Source: Promethearchaeota archaeon (GTDB lineage Archaea > Asgardarchaeota > Lokiarchaeia > Sigyniarchaeales > SOKP01). Taken from it: a stretch of 23,042 bases of DNA. The notes below the pieces were generated by a model, which searched no databases, was not told the origin of the DNA, and saw only the letters and a program-made list of their open reading frames with translations. The DNA is taken from the NCBI GenBank assembly GCA_018238625.1, contig JABCSY010000064.1, positions 1 to 23,042 of the forward strand. Reading direction: 5' to 3'. This document shows positions 8,638-17,685 of this stretch, in pieces. The translations under genes and the position numbers were made by a program. The stretch's first letter is position 1, and every line of letters begins with the position of its first letter.

Positions 8638-8648
8638 GAGGTAAAATA

Positions 8649-9536
8649 ATGACTGAATTTTCAAAAGATTATACTATAGACGAATTAATGACAGTTTTAA
8701 TGGCGAGAGAAGTCAGAAACGATGATGTTATGATCGTAGGGGTGGCAACCCCAATGGTCTGGGCAGCTTTTACATTAGCAAAATTAACACATGCCCCCGA
8801 TGCAATTTATCATTACATTATGGGAAATTCTTTTGTTATAGAACCACGCCAGGTTTCTCTTCTTTATTTAGAAATGAATACGGCACGAGCGTATAGATTC
8901 CAAAATTCTGTTGAATGTACGTTAGAATCTCTCCCCTCTGAAAAATTAACAACCATAGAATTTTTTCGACCCGCTCAAATAGACCAATTTGGAAATACTA
9001 ATAACGTATGTATAGGAGATTGGAAAAGTCCGAAAATAAGGCTACCTGGAGCCGCAGGAATTTTAGATTTTAGTATGTTCTACGAAAGAGGATCTTTTTT
9101 ATACACCCCCCGACACGATTCAAGAACTTTTGTATCAACAGAAAGGCTCTTCTTCATCTCTGGAGCAGGGTTTCCTGAAGGAAAACCATCGATCTGTGGA
9201 GGGTCTGGTCCTCAATGCGTCGTAACTAATCTAGCATATTTAGATTTTGATGGAAAAAGCAAAAGAATGAGGTTGGCATCAATTCATCCAGATGTCGATA
9301 TAGATACTGTTAAAGAATCAACAGGGTTTGATTTGGTTATTCCGAATTCCTTAAAAGAAACTAAACCTCCTACCGTTAAAGAAATATACCAATTAAGAGA
9401 GAATGTTGATCCTTTAAAGATAAGAAAATTAGAGGTTCTTTCAGGTAATGAACGAGAAGAGTTATTAGAAGACGTAATTCAAAAAGAATTAGCAAAGGAA
9501 AATAAGTTTCCGAAATCATTAATAAATTGCTATTAA
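8649..9536 (+). CDS. Family I CoA-transferase subunit B
   Basis: YTIDELM, AQIDQFGNTN, RLPGAAG, GPQCVVTNLA, RMRLASIHP, KESTGFDL; gaggta RBS upstream. Confidence 0.9.
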   Translation: MTEFSKDYTIDELMTVLMAREVRNDDVMIVGVATPMVWAAFTLAKLTHAPDAIYHYIMGNSFVIEPRQVSLLYLEMNTARAYRFQNSVECTLESLPSEKLTTIEFFRPAQIDQFGNTNNVCIGDWKSPKIRLPGAAGILDFSMFYERGSFLYTPRHDSRTFVSTERLFFISGAGFPEGKPSICGGSGPQCVVTNLAYLDFDGKSKRMRLASIHPDVDIDTVKESTGFDLVIPNSLKETKPPTVKEIYQLRENVDPLKIRKLEVLSGNEREELLEDVIQKELAKENKFPKSLINCY

Positions 9537-9769
9537 TGAATAAATTAAATTTCTGCTTGCATATACGCGTTTCTTTTTAAAGTACCTTGCTAAGATTGAG
9601 GAATAAATCGAAAGTAACAATTAAATAACAAATTTTCTTTTACAAGTTAAAGCAACTTCTCACAGATTGAAATTTTATCTTTTAATTTAGAGAACTTTAT
9701 ATTCAGAATTTAAATATAGGTTCCCTAAACTTTTAAATTATTAATAATGAGTATTAATGTGAATTTCTT

Positions 9770-10558
9770 ATGGATGAAAAAAATCAAAAAAACCAAACTA
9801 TAGAGCTAATTAAGAATAGAAGAACAATTCGTGCTTACAATCCTAAACCACTCTCTCAAGATGAAATTGATACTATCATCCACGGAGCAATGAGGGCTCC
9901 AACAGCCGGAAATCTGATGATGTATTCGATTATTCAAGTAAGTGATCAAAAATTAAAAGATAGATTAGTAAAAACTTGCGATAATCAGCCCCTTATAGCT
10001 AAAGCGCCGTTGGTCCTATTGTTTTTAGCTGACATGCAAAGATGGTATGATTTCTTTAGAGTTAGCAATGTCAAGGAAAAATGCAATAAAATAGGTAGGG
10101 AATTCCAAACTCCTCAAGAGTCTGATTTACTTCTCGCTTGTTGCGATGCATTAATTGCGGCCCAAAATTCTGTAATTACCGCTGAAGCTTTAGATATTGG
10201 TTCGTGCTATATTGGAGATATCATGGAGAATTATGAAATTCACCGTGAGATGTTTAACCTTCCCAAATGGGTGTTTCCTATAACTTTGTTATGTTATGGA
10301 CGCCCCAAAGGAGATAAAAACAAAATTCCTCTTTTAACACGCTTTCCTAAAAAATACATCGTATTTACAAATCAATACTCAAGGTTATCAGTGAATGATT
10401 TCAACGATATGCTTGAAAATGACCCGAGAAAAATAGTAGTTAAAGAAGCAGAAAATATGGGACAACAACTATATCTTGGTAAACTAGGAGCAGAATTTAC
10501 GGTGGAAATGCGTCGTTCTGTTAAGGTCGCACTCAAACAATGGCTTAGAGAAGACTAG
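9770..10558 (+). CDS. Nitroreductase family protein (NfsA/NfrA-like)
   Basis: RRTIRAY, APTAGNLMMYSII, DALIAAQN...AEALDIGSCYIG. Confidence 0.92.
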   Translation: MDEKNQKNQTIELIKNRRTIRAYNPKPLSQDEIDTIIHGAMRAPTAGNLMMYSIIQVSDQKLKDRLVKTCDNQPLIAKAPLVLLFLADMQRWYDFFRVSNVKEKCNKIGREFQTPQESDLLLACCDALIAAQNSVITAEALDIGSCYIGDIMENYEIHREMFNLPKWVFPITLLCYGRPKGDKNKIPLLTRFPKKYIVFTNQYSRLSVNDFNDMLENDPRKIVVKEAENMGQQLYLGKLGAEFTVEMRRSVKVALKQWLRED

Positions 10559-10595
10559 GAATCAATAATTAATGAAAAAAAATTATGAGATTAAA

Positions 10596-12095
10596 CTAAA
10601 TAATATCATCCCAAGCAGTTCGTTCTTTATCGAGAAATTTTTCAACTACTTTAAATTCCTTACCGACTAGCATTGTCGATCTTTTCTCAATATCGTAAGA
10701 GGGCCATTTAGGAATGCCGTCGTGGTTAGGATTTCCAGTGCGAGCAAATGCAATCCAAGCATCCATTATTTTATTGCTAATGGCTTCAGTTTCAGGATTA
10801 TTACCGGCAAAATCCGCCATTCCAGGAACATCAAGCGTGTTAAAAACGAATGGTATTTCGAGAGCGTGACAGGCACCTAACTTTCCGTCGAATGCCGGGG
10901 ATGGCCAAATAAATAAGTAATTGTAAGTATTGACTTGATGCGTACTCTGCGCTTCGAGCAATTTAATCGTTGAAATGCGAAAAATATAATCGGTCATAAG
11001 AGCGTTCATTATCTCTTTAGGTTCTGTGGAAAATTCACTTTCCCTCGCTTTTCTGTAAGTATCGATAATTTCTTTGCTCTTGTTCATATCAAGGCCTAAT
11101 CTGCTTAGAAATCCGATCAGGAGTTTTTCCCCATCAGCATCGGCCATTTTGCTTATTTCCGGACTAAGAGCTGTAAACAACTTAGCCTCATCCAGATTAG
11201 TGCCTATCATAAATTCAATATTCCCAAAATTACCATTCTGAAACGCTTTTAACGGATGTATGGGTAGTGTATCACCATCAATTAAAGGTCGAAAAGCAAG
11301 GAGATTGGTAGGATCTTCTGAGAGAAGCTTGTTTTGTGCTTCAATAATTTTTTCGGGTGATATTTCACGCAAAGCATTAAGATCTCCTTTTTGAATTCCT
11401 AACATACGCATTAATCGTTTTGTAGGTTTCTTGGTTACCTTTGGATCAATAGCAGGGGCACTTTGAGCAATAACGCGGCGAAAAAGTCCTTTAGCAGCTG
11501 GCATTGCGGGTAATGTTACAACTGCATAACCTCCAGCAGATTCACCAAAAATCGTAACATTAGAAGGGTCGCCACCAAATAATTCTATATTCTCTTGGAC
11601 CCATTTTAAAGCTAATATTTGGTCAAGTTGTCCTACATTAGCAGTAACGCCAGGAATATATAGATAGCCCAAAGCACCTAACCGATAATTAATAGTAACC
11701 ACTACAATATCCCCACGCTGTGCTAAGGTTGAACCATTATACATAGGGTCGATTCCACCTCCCATAATAAAAGCACCACCGTGTATCCAGAACATTACTG
11801 GGCGTTTGTTATTATCTGCGGCTGGAGTCCAAATACTAAGCGTTAAGCAGTCCTCACTTTCAGGTTTAAGTTTACCCGTAAGTTCTTCAAGCTGAGTGTA
11901 TCCCTGAAAAGCACAAGAACCATACTTGCTAGTATCCATCACCTCATCCCAATTCTTTTTCGCAACGGGAGGAGAGAATCGTAAGGCGCCTAAAGGAGGC
12001 TCGCCATAAGGAATTCCTTTAAATATTTCCAATCCGTTTTCCTTAATTCCTTGAATCTTTCCAGACTTAGTTTCAATAATATCCGTTTTATTCAT
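10596..12095 (-). CDS. Carboxylesterase type B (para-nitrobenzyl esterase-like)
   Basis: FKGIPY, SEDCL, WIHGGAF, FGGDPSNVTIFGESAG (catalytic Ser), GACHALEIPFVF. Confidence 0.95.
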   Translation of the reverse strand: MNKTDIIETKSGKIQGIKENGLEIFKGIPYGEPPLGALRFSPPVAKKNWDEVMDTSKYGSCAFQGYTQLEELTGKLKPESEDCLTLSIWTPAADNNKRPVMFWIHGGAFIMGGGIDPMYNGSTLAQRGDIVVVTINYRLGALGYLYIPGVTANVGQLDQILALKWVQENIELFGGDPSNVTIFGESAGGYAVVTLPAMPAAKGLFRRVIAQSAPAIDPKVTKKPTKRLMRMLGIQKGDLNALREISPEKIIEAQNKLLSEDPTNLLAFRPLIDGDTLPIHPLKAFQNGNFGNIEFMIGTNLDEAKLFTALSPEISKMADADGEKLLIGFLSRLGLDMNKSKEIIDTYRKARESEFSTEPKEIMNALMTDYIFRISTIKLLEAQSTHQVNTYNYLFIWPSPAFDGKLGACHALEIPFVFNTLDVPGMADFAGNNPETEAISNKIMDAWIAFARTGNPNHDGIPKWPSYDIEKRSTMLVGKEFKVVEKFLDKERTAWDDII

Positions 12096-12220
12096 AATCT
12101 TTCATTATTTTTATTATAACTATTTTATATTAATTAGTTGAAAAATATTAACAATATGCTTTTTTAGTGAAAAATAGAAATAAAATAAAAATAAAAGATT
12201 GTTAATTTGATTTGACTTAA

Positions 12221-13615
12221 TTACAATCCCATTTCTGCAAGCTTCTCTTTGTTCTCTTTTACTTTATCTGGAGTTAGCTTAAAGAGCTTCCAGAGTATCA
12301 TAGTTGCGATGAACATGAAGATCATGGGAAGCAATGCAAAATGTATTTGAATTCCCATGACTGCTTCAGGAGTCTGAGTTGAGGATCCCTCCAGAAACCC
12401 CGTGAGAGTATGTACTATCGAAAAACTAAGAGCTTGAAAAACTAGTGCCCCCCTGCTAACGAATGTCTGAAAGCCTTGATATATTCCTTCTTTTCTTCGA
12501 CCTGTCATGACCACTGACTCGTCTATTATAGTCGCTATGACTGGTGACATCATAACCCAATAGCCACCTTCGCCCATACCCCAGATAAACATTGCAATGA
12601 GCATAATTGTGTAATCATTAATAAAGAAAAGTGGTATTGTAACAATTGTCAAGAAAGTTGCCGCAATTATTATTGTTTTCCGGTCATTATTTGTTATATC
12701 TGCAATTTTTCCCCAGATAGGCATTGAAATAAACATTCCTACGAGAAGAGCTGCCATTATTAACATAACGTCATCTGATGTTACTTCTAATACATATAAT
12801 GCAACATAAGGAACAGATCCCACCATTGTTTGAACTAAACTTTGGTAAAACATGAAGGCAATTATGTAGGCCATAAAATTCTTATGCTTTAAGATACCTT
12901 TATACTCTCTAAAAAAAGAAGATCTCTCCATTCCTTCCTCACAACTCTCGAGATAACAGTCAATCCGTACTTGGTCCTCACGGCTACCTGGAATTGCGAG
13001 TGCTAAAGCTACTAAACAAATAATAACAACTACTCCTGCTTGTACAACATAAGAACCTTTATCTCCATAATCTATTAAAAGGCTTGGAATAATAGCTCCA
13101 AAAGCAGTTCCTAAAGCTGCTACGAGAGTGCTTAAAGTAGATGCTAACCTACGTTCGCTATCCCCGCGAAACTTATCTGGAAAGAGGGCGTAAAAATTTA
13201 CTCCAAATACCGACGCAAAAGTATCGTAGAGACAGGTCATAATTACGAGCCAAGCAAATATAATCCAGGCACCTTCTTGTGGGTCTACAGCGGGTGGCAT
13301 ATAAAGAAGAAGATAACTGAAGATCCATGGGACTCCACCAATTAAAATCCATGGAAGACGCCGTCCCCATTTTTTTGTAAATTTAAAAGGTCGATTTGTT
13401 AAATAACCAACTAGAGGATCATTCACTCCATTCCATATCGCAAATATTATGAATCCTGTGGCTGTAAACCACACATTTAAGCCAATTTCGGTCTCGTAAT
13501 AAAAGAAAACATACGCTCCGAAACACATTACAAAAAATTCGTTTATAAAACAGCCGAAACCATACGAAACCATGCTCTTTTTAGAGTGTTTAATATCAAT
13601 CGTTTCCATTGTCAA
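12221..13615 (-). CDS. MFS transporter, GPH (Na+/melibiose symporter-like) family
   Basis: About 12 hydrophobic segments; IWNGVNDPLVG, WGRRLPW, IIDE...TGRRKEGIY. Confidence 0.92.
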   Translation of the reverse strand: MTMETIDIKHSKKSMVSYGFGCFINEFFVMCFGAYVFFYYETEIGLNVWFTATGFIIFAIWNGVNDPLVGYLTNRPFKFTKKWGRRLPWILIGGVPWIFSYLLLYMPPAVDPQEGAWIIFAWLVIMTCLYDTFASVFGVNFYALFPDKFRGDSERRLASTLSTLVAALGTAFGAIIPSLLIDYGDKGSYVVQAGVVVIICLVALALAIPGSREDQVRIDCYLESCEEGMERSSFFREYKGILKHKNFMAYIIAFMFYQSLVQTMVGSVPYVALYVLEVTSDDVMLIMAALLVGMFISMPIWGKIADITNNDRKTIIIAATFLTIVTIPLFFINDYTIMLIAMFIWGMGEGGYWVMMSPVIATIIDESVVMTGRRKEGIYQGFQTFVSRGALVFQALSFSIVHTLTGFLEGSSTQTPEAVMGIQIHFALLPMIFMFIATMILWKLFKLTPDKVKENKEKLAEMGL

Positions 13616-13714
13616 ATTTAGAACCTCGTTTTTAATTTAAGAATAATTTTTAAGTAAATGAATTTGTGTTAAAACCTAATTTAAGTATATATTTTTTTGA
13701 AATTTTATCTAACT

Positions 13715-14638
13715 TTATTCTTTTAAAATCATTTCTGAATAGTACTCAACCAGTAAGTTCACTACTAATTCGCCTAGCTCTTTAACGACTTTAATTCTAC
13801 CGCCATCTAATTTGCGCAAACTTTTTAGGCAATTCCACAATCCATATTTATCGTCGTCTTTTGTACCTAAGGCTTTAGCGTATTTCCCACCAAGAATTAA
13901 AAATCCACCTAACCCTCCAATCGGCGGCCACTTATTAAGGGCGGCTTCAAAATCTCTCTCTAATTCTTTATTCATTATATTGAGCTTTTCTTCGTCCAAG
14001 ACACCTAACTGAGCTCCAAGTGAATGCTCAAAATGCCCCGCATGTCCAGCACTCGTTAAAATTTTTATTAGCATCCTTTTAATCTGTCTTGGATTTCCTC
14101 CTCCTTTTGACGCGAGCTCTAAAGAAAGCTCCTCTAACTCTTGCAATATTCTATCCATGTTATCATCAGCAATGCCTTCTGTAGTAGAAACGATTAATTT
14201 TTCTAAATTTAGGGCATTCTTTATTTCTTCGGTATAATTTACAAGAGGGTTGTTTCCTCCGTGTCCGGAATAAATTAATATTTTCGAAGCCGGCAAATCC
14301 ATTTCTTTAAGGACTTCAATGTGAAATTTTAAAAATTCTTTTATCTTTTCAACAAGTTCTTTTTCATCAACGGATTTTGGAGCCCAATCTCTTGCGGCAA
14401 GAGGGGAATTATCTGTAGCCCACGGTATATGGGCGATGTATCGCGCACCTGTTTTACACGAGATGAGGTGAGCTACGCGTTGGGCGTGAAGGTCGTCAAT
14501 ATTTCGGGGTAAAGCGTAGCCATGGCCCTCTACGGGATTTCCAATGGAAAATATCAACCATTTTCCTTCGTTTTCACCAAATGGACCCCAATCACCCATT
14601 TTCCCTTCAAGAGATATTTCCTTATTTTTTTGAGACAT
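13715..14638 (-). CDS. arfB: Creatininase-family amidohydrolase, ArfB-like (FAPy deformylase)
   Basis: IGNPVEGHGYALPRNIDD, SGHGGN and GHAGHFEHS metal-ligand motifs. Confidence 0.7.
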   Translation of the reverse strand: MSQKNKEISLEGKMGDWGPFGENEGKWLIFSIGNPVEGHGYALPRNIDDLHAQRVAHLISCKTGARYIAHIPWATDNSPLAARDWAPKSVDEKELVEKIKEFLKFHIEVLKEMDLPASKILIYSGHGGNNPLVNYTEEIKNALNLEKLIVSTTEGIADDNMDRILQELEELSLELASKGGGNPRQIKRMLIKILTSAGHAGHFEHSLGAQLGVLDEEKLNIMNKELERDFEAALNKWPPIGGLGGFLILGGKYAKALGTKDDDKYGLWNCLKSLRKLDGGRIKVVKELGELVVNLLVEYYSEMILKE

Positions 14639-14728
14639 AATCTGATTTAGATAAACTTTTACTTAAAGGTATTATAAAAAATAAAATTAGAACAGTTAAA
14701 TTATCCCAAAAATTAATTAAGACTATTT

Positions 14729-15466
14729 TTAGTTAAAATTTTTGTCTGGAAATAATTCGATTTTACGTCCTTTATGTTTAAATAAAATCAAATTTCTTTT
14801 TTTTAATTTATCAATGTGATACTTCACTGTACTTCGATTTAAAAATAGTTGAAGAGCAATTGCACTGGAATTAATTCCAGGGTTCTTTTCAATTAAATCC
14901 AATACTTTTAAGGAAGTTTTAGATTTTCCAATAAGTAATCGGGAATATTGATTTTGATCTTTGGTCATCTTTATAGGAAAAAAAACGCTAAACTGTCCTA
15001 CTTTTTCCTTTTTTATAATTCCATATTGCATTAACACATATAGATGCCATTGTAATTGTCCTTTTTGCAAATTACATTGACGAAGGAGCTCATTATTATG
15101 AATACCTGGTTCTTGAAGAATACTGGTGATTATTTTTTTGCGATTTTCATTTTCAAAGATATCGTTGTAAGATAAGATGTGGTGCCCTTTAGTTGAAAAA
15201 TCTTTTCCTTTGAAATACATCTTATATTCTTTAACTGTTAGTGAAAGGACAGCCGAAATTAAAACTAAAATCAGAACTGAAATAAATGCTATAAATGCCC
15301 ATTTGATGACATTATCTTCTATAGCGAAAGTATCTTCAATTGATAAATATATCTGATAATCAACGAACGATAGAAGAATAACGAGTAATATTACAAATCC
15401 AAATTTAAAATAAAAAGATATTTTAGTATGTTTAATTTTTTTATCGAAATTACTCATAATTTTCAA
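14729..15466 (-). CDS. Membrane-anchored winged-helix transcription regulator (2 TM segments + 2 HTH)
   Basis: Two N-terminal hydrophobic helices; ENENRKKII..I..EPGIH..EL...GQLQWHL and IEKNPGI..SAIA....RSTVKYHIDKL. Confidence 0.8.
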   Translation of the reverse strand: MKIMSNFDKKIKHTKISFYFKFGFVILLVILLSFVDYQIYLSIEDTFAIEDNVIKWAFIAFISVLILVLISAVLSLTVKEYKMYFKGKDFSTKGHHILSYNDIFENENRKKIITSILQEPGIHNNELLRQCNLQKGQLQWHLYVLMQYGIIKKEKVGQFSVFFPIKMTKDQNQYSRLLIGKSKTSLKVLDLIEKNPGINSSAIALQLFLNRSTVKYHIDKLKKRNLILFKHKGRKIELFPDKNFN

Positions 15467-15508
15467 ATTTTCCCTTGATTACATATATTGTAAAATTTAC
15501 CGCTAGTT

Positions 15509-16105
15509 TTATGAATTTATCCTTTTTATTTTGTCTTTTTTTTTAAGTTTCAAAAAAGGAATCATGAAAGCTACTTTATTTTTGTATTCTAAATAAGTTT
15601 CATTATATTTCGATTTTAAGTATAAATCTTCAATTCCAGCCAATAGTAGATAAGCTAACGCTTCAATAATCCAAATAGATACAACCCACATTAAATTGTT
15701 ATCCAATTCAAGATTAAATGGAAAGACTGGACTTGTATTTAGGCATATCATAGTAAGTCCAAAAGTCATTATAATTATTCCAAGATATTGTGGGTGCCTT
15801 ACATACTTATATAGCCCCTTTTGGATTAATCCCTTCCAATGAGTTAATTGATAAATTAAAGAATATACAAAGATAACCCCGCCTAACAAAGCTATATAAG
15901 TTCCAGGGTATCCAAAAAAAAATCTAAAATCAGCTAAAAGAATACCAGGATAGCTTAAAAAATTAATGAAATAAGAAATCAAAGGCAAACTCATTATTCC
16001 GAACCATATAGATGCACACGGGACAAACTGGAAAAAGGGAATCATTACAGCTATAAAGTTTAATGCAGTAGCGTTAATTTTATCTAAATACCAATTTAAA
16101 TTCAT
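15509..16105 (-). CDS. Isoprenylcysteine carboxyl methyltransferase / PEMT-family membrane protein
   Basis: LIQKGLYKYVRHPQYLG and IEDLYLKSKY..YLEYKNKV..MIP. Confidence 0.85.
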   Translation of the reverse strand: MNLNWYLDKINATALNFIAVMIPFFQFVPCASIWFGIMSLPLISYFINFLSYPGILLADFRFFFGYPGTYIALLGGVIFVYSLIYQLTHWKGLIQKGLYKYVRHPQYLGIIIMTFGLTMICLNTSPVFPFNLELDNNLMWVVSIWIIEALAYLLLAGIEDLYLKSKYNETYLEYKNKVAFMIPFLKLKKKDKIKRINS

Positions 16106-16222
16106 TTTATTTCTTCTTTTTTTATTATGTTTTTTTATAATTTAATAACTAAAAAATTAGAAGAAATTTAGTTAAAAAAGGTTTGAGGTGCACTTTTAGA
16201 ACATTTCTATAAATAAAAAGAT

Positions 16223-17203
16223 TTAACTATTTTTTTTTTTTATTTCTAAAGTTATTTTATCAAAAATTTCATGAATAGAGCTATAAATATTGAATTTACC
16301 ATCTTCCAAAGCGCTTTTTACAATATTATTTACTTCATTTTGGTCTACAAAGTTTTCCATGATAAGCTTTTCGACTTTGGTAAAAATCAGTTCCTTAATT
16401 TTGTAAGAAAAACGTTTTTTTTTCTTTTCGGTAATATTGCCTGAAAGTTCAACGTGTTCTTTATGGTCCCAAATACTTTGGAGAAGTTCGTCTATACCCT
16501 CGCCACTGATTGCATCAGTCAATACAACTGGGGCCCGATACCCGCTCTGAAATATTGTGTCGTCGAGCATCATTTCAATTTGTACAGCTATATCTTCTCC
16601 GCCTAAATCCTTTTTGTTGACATCGTAAATATCTCCTATTTCAATTATCCCCGCTTTTTGCATTTGAATAACATCTCCGTATCCAGGTACTAGAATGACA
16701 ACAACAGTATATACTAAATTGTACACATCGAATTCAGCTTGTCCAACGCCAACAGTTTCAATAATGATTATATCCATGCCAAAAGCTTCGTATAGCATGG
16801 TAATGTCAAAAACTGCTCTTGAAATTCCTCCTTGATACCCTCTTGATGCAAGGCTACGCATAAAAACGTTAGGGTGTAAGCAGATGTTAGTCATTCTAAC
16901 TCTATCCCCTAAAAAAGCGCCTCCACTAAAAGGAGACGTCGGATCTACGGAAATAATGCCTACAGTTTTTCCTTCGTCTAACATTTTTTGAGCTATTGCC
17001 CCGGTTAAAGTGCTCTTTCCAACGCCAGGAGAACCTGTAAGTCCAATAATATAAGAGTCGTGATTTATGTTTTCAAAATGCTTGAAAATCTTAGTAGCCT
17101 TCTCAGGTTCGTTTTCAACAATTGTTATTAGCCTAGCTAAAGCAATTTTATCTTTCTTTTTAAATCTGTTAACTAAAGATTCTATAATATCGTCATTCGT
17201 CAA
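16223..17203 (-). CDS. meaB: MeaB/ArgK-family GTPase (acyl-CoA mutase chaperone)
   Basis: GLTGSPGVGKST, VDPTSPFSGGAFLGDRVRM, IIETVGVGQAE, VNKKD. Confidence 0.95.
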   Translation of the reverse strand: MTNDDIIESLVNRFKKKDKIALARLITIVENEPEKATKIFKHFENINHDSYIIGLTGSPGVGKSTLTGAIAQKMLDEGKTVGIISVDPTSPFSGGAFLGDRVRMTNICLHPNVFMRSLASRGYQGGISRAVFDITMLYEAFGMDIIIIETVGVGQAEFDVYNLVYTVVVILVPGYGDVIQMQKAGIIEIGDIYDVNKKDLGGEDIAVQIEMMLDDTIFQSGYRAPVVLTDAISGEGIDELLQSIWDHKEHVELSGNITEKKKKRFSYKIKELIFTKVEKLIMENFVDQNEVNNIVKSALEDGKFNIYSSIHEIFDKITLEIKKKNS

Positions 17204-17272
17204 TAAGATACATCCTCAGATAAATTTTAGATATTAAATATTAATTTGATAAAAAAATTAAACATGTTTATT

Positions 17273-17671
17273 TTATTTTTTGAGATGAGTTTTAATAAAC
17301 TCAACAATGTCATTTGTCATGCTTCCAGGGCCATAAATGTTAGCTACGCCCATTTCTTTTAATTTTGGAAAATCTTGAGCGGGAATAACGCCTCCTACTA
17401 AGATGAGAATGTCGTTGAGCACTCCCTTTTCCTTTAAAAGATCAATCACTTGTTTTGTATATGCGAAATGAGCCCCGCTGTGTATGGATAAACCAAGAAC
17501 ATCAATATCCTCTTGAATTGCTGTTTCTACGATCTGTTTTGCGTTCTGAAACCCTCCGAAAATGAGTTCCATGCCGGCATCTCTTAAAGCTCTTGATACT
17601 ACGATTCCCCCCCTCCAATGACCATCTATTCCGGGTTTAGACATTAATACTCTAATCTTTTTCTCACTCAT
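17273..17671 (-). CDS. Acyl-CoA mutase small (cobalamin-binding) subunit
   Basis: KPGIDGHWRG (DxHxxG), GLSIHSGAH, VGGVIP, IYGPGS; start ATG 17671 preceded by GAGGTGA. Confidence 0.93.
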   Translation of the reverse strand: MSEKKIRVLMSKPGIDGHWRGGIVVSRALRDAGMELIFGGFQNAKQIVETAIQEDIDVLGLSIHSGAHFAYTKQVIDLLKEKGVLNDILILVGGVIPAQDFPKLKEMGVANIYGPGSMTNDIVEFIKTHLKK

Positions 17672-17676
17672 ACTTT

Positions 17677-17683
17677 TCACCTC
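17677..17683 (-). promoter_or_regulatory. Shine-Dalgarno site GAGGTGA
   Basis: tcacctc on the + strand, 5 nt upstream of ATG 17671. Confidence 0.7.
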
Positions 17684-17685
17684 AG

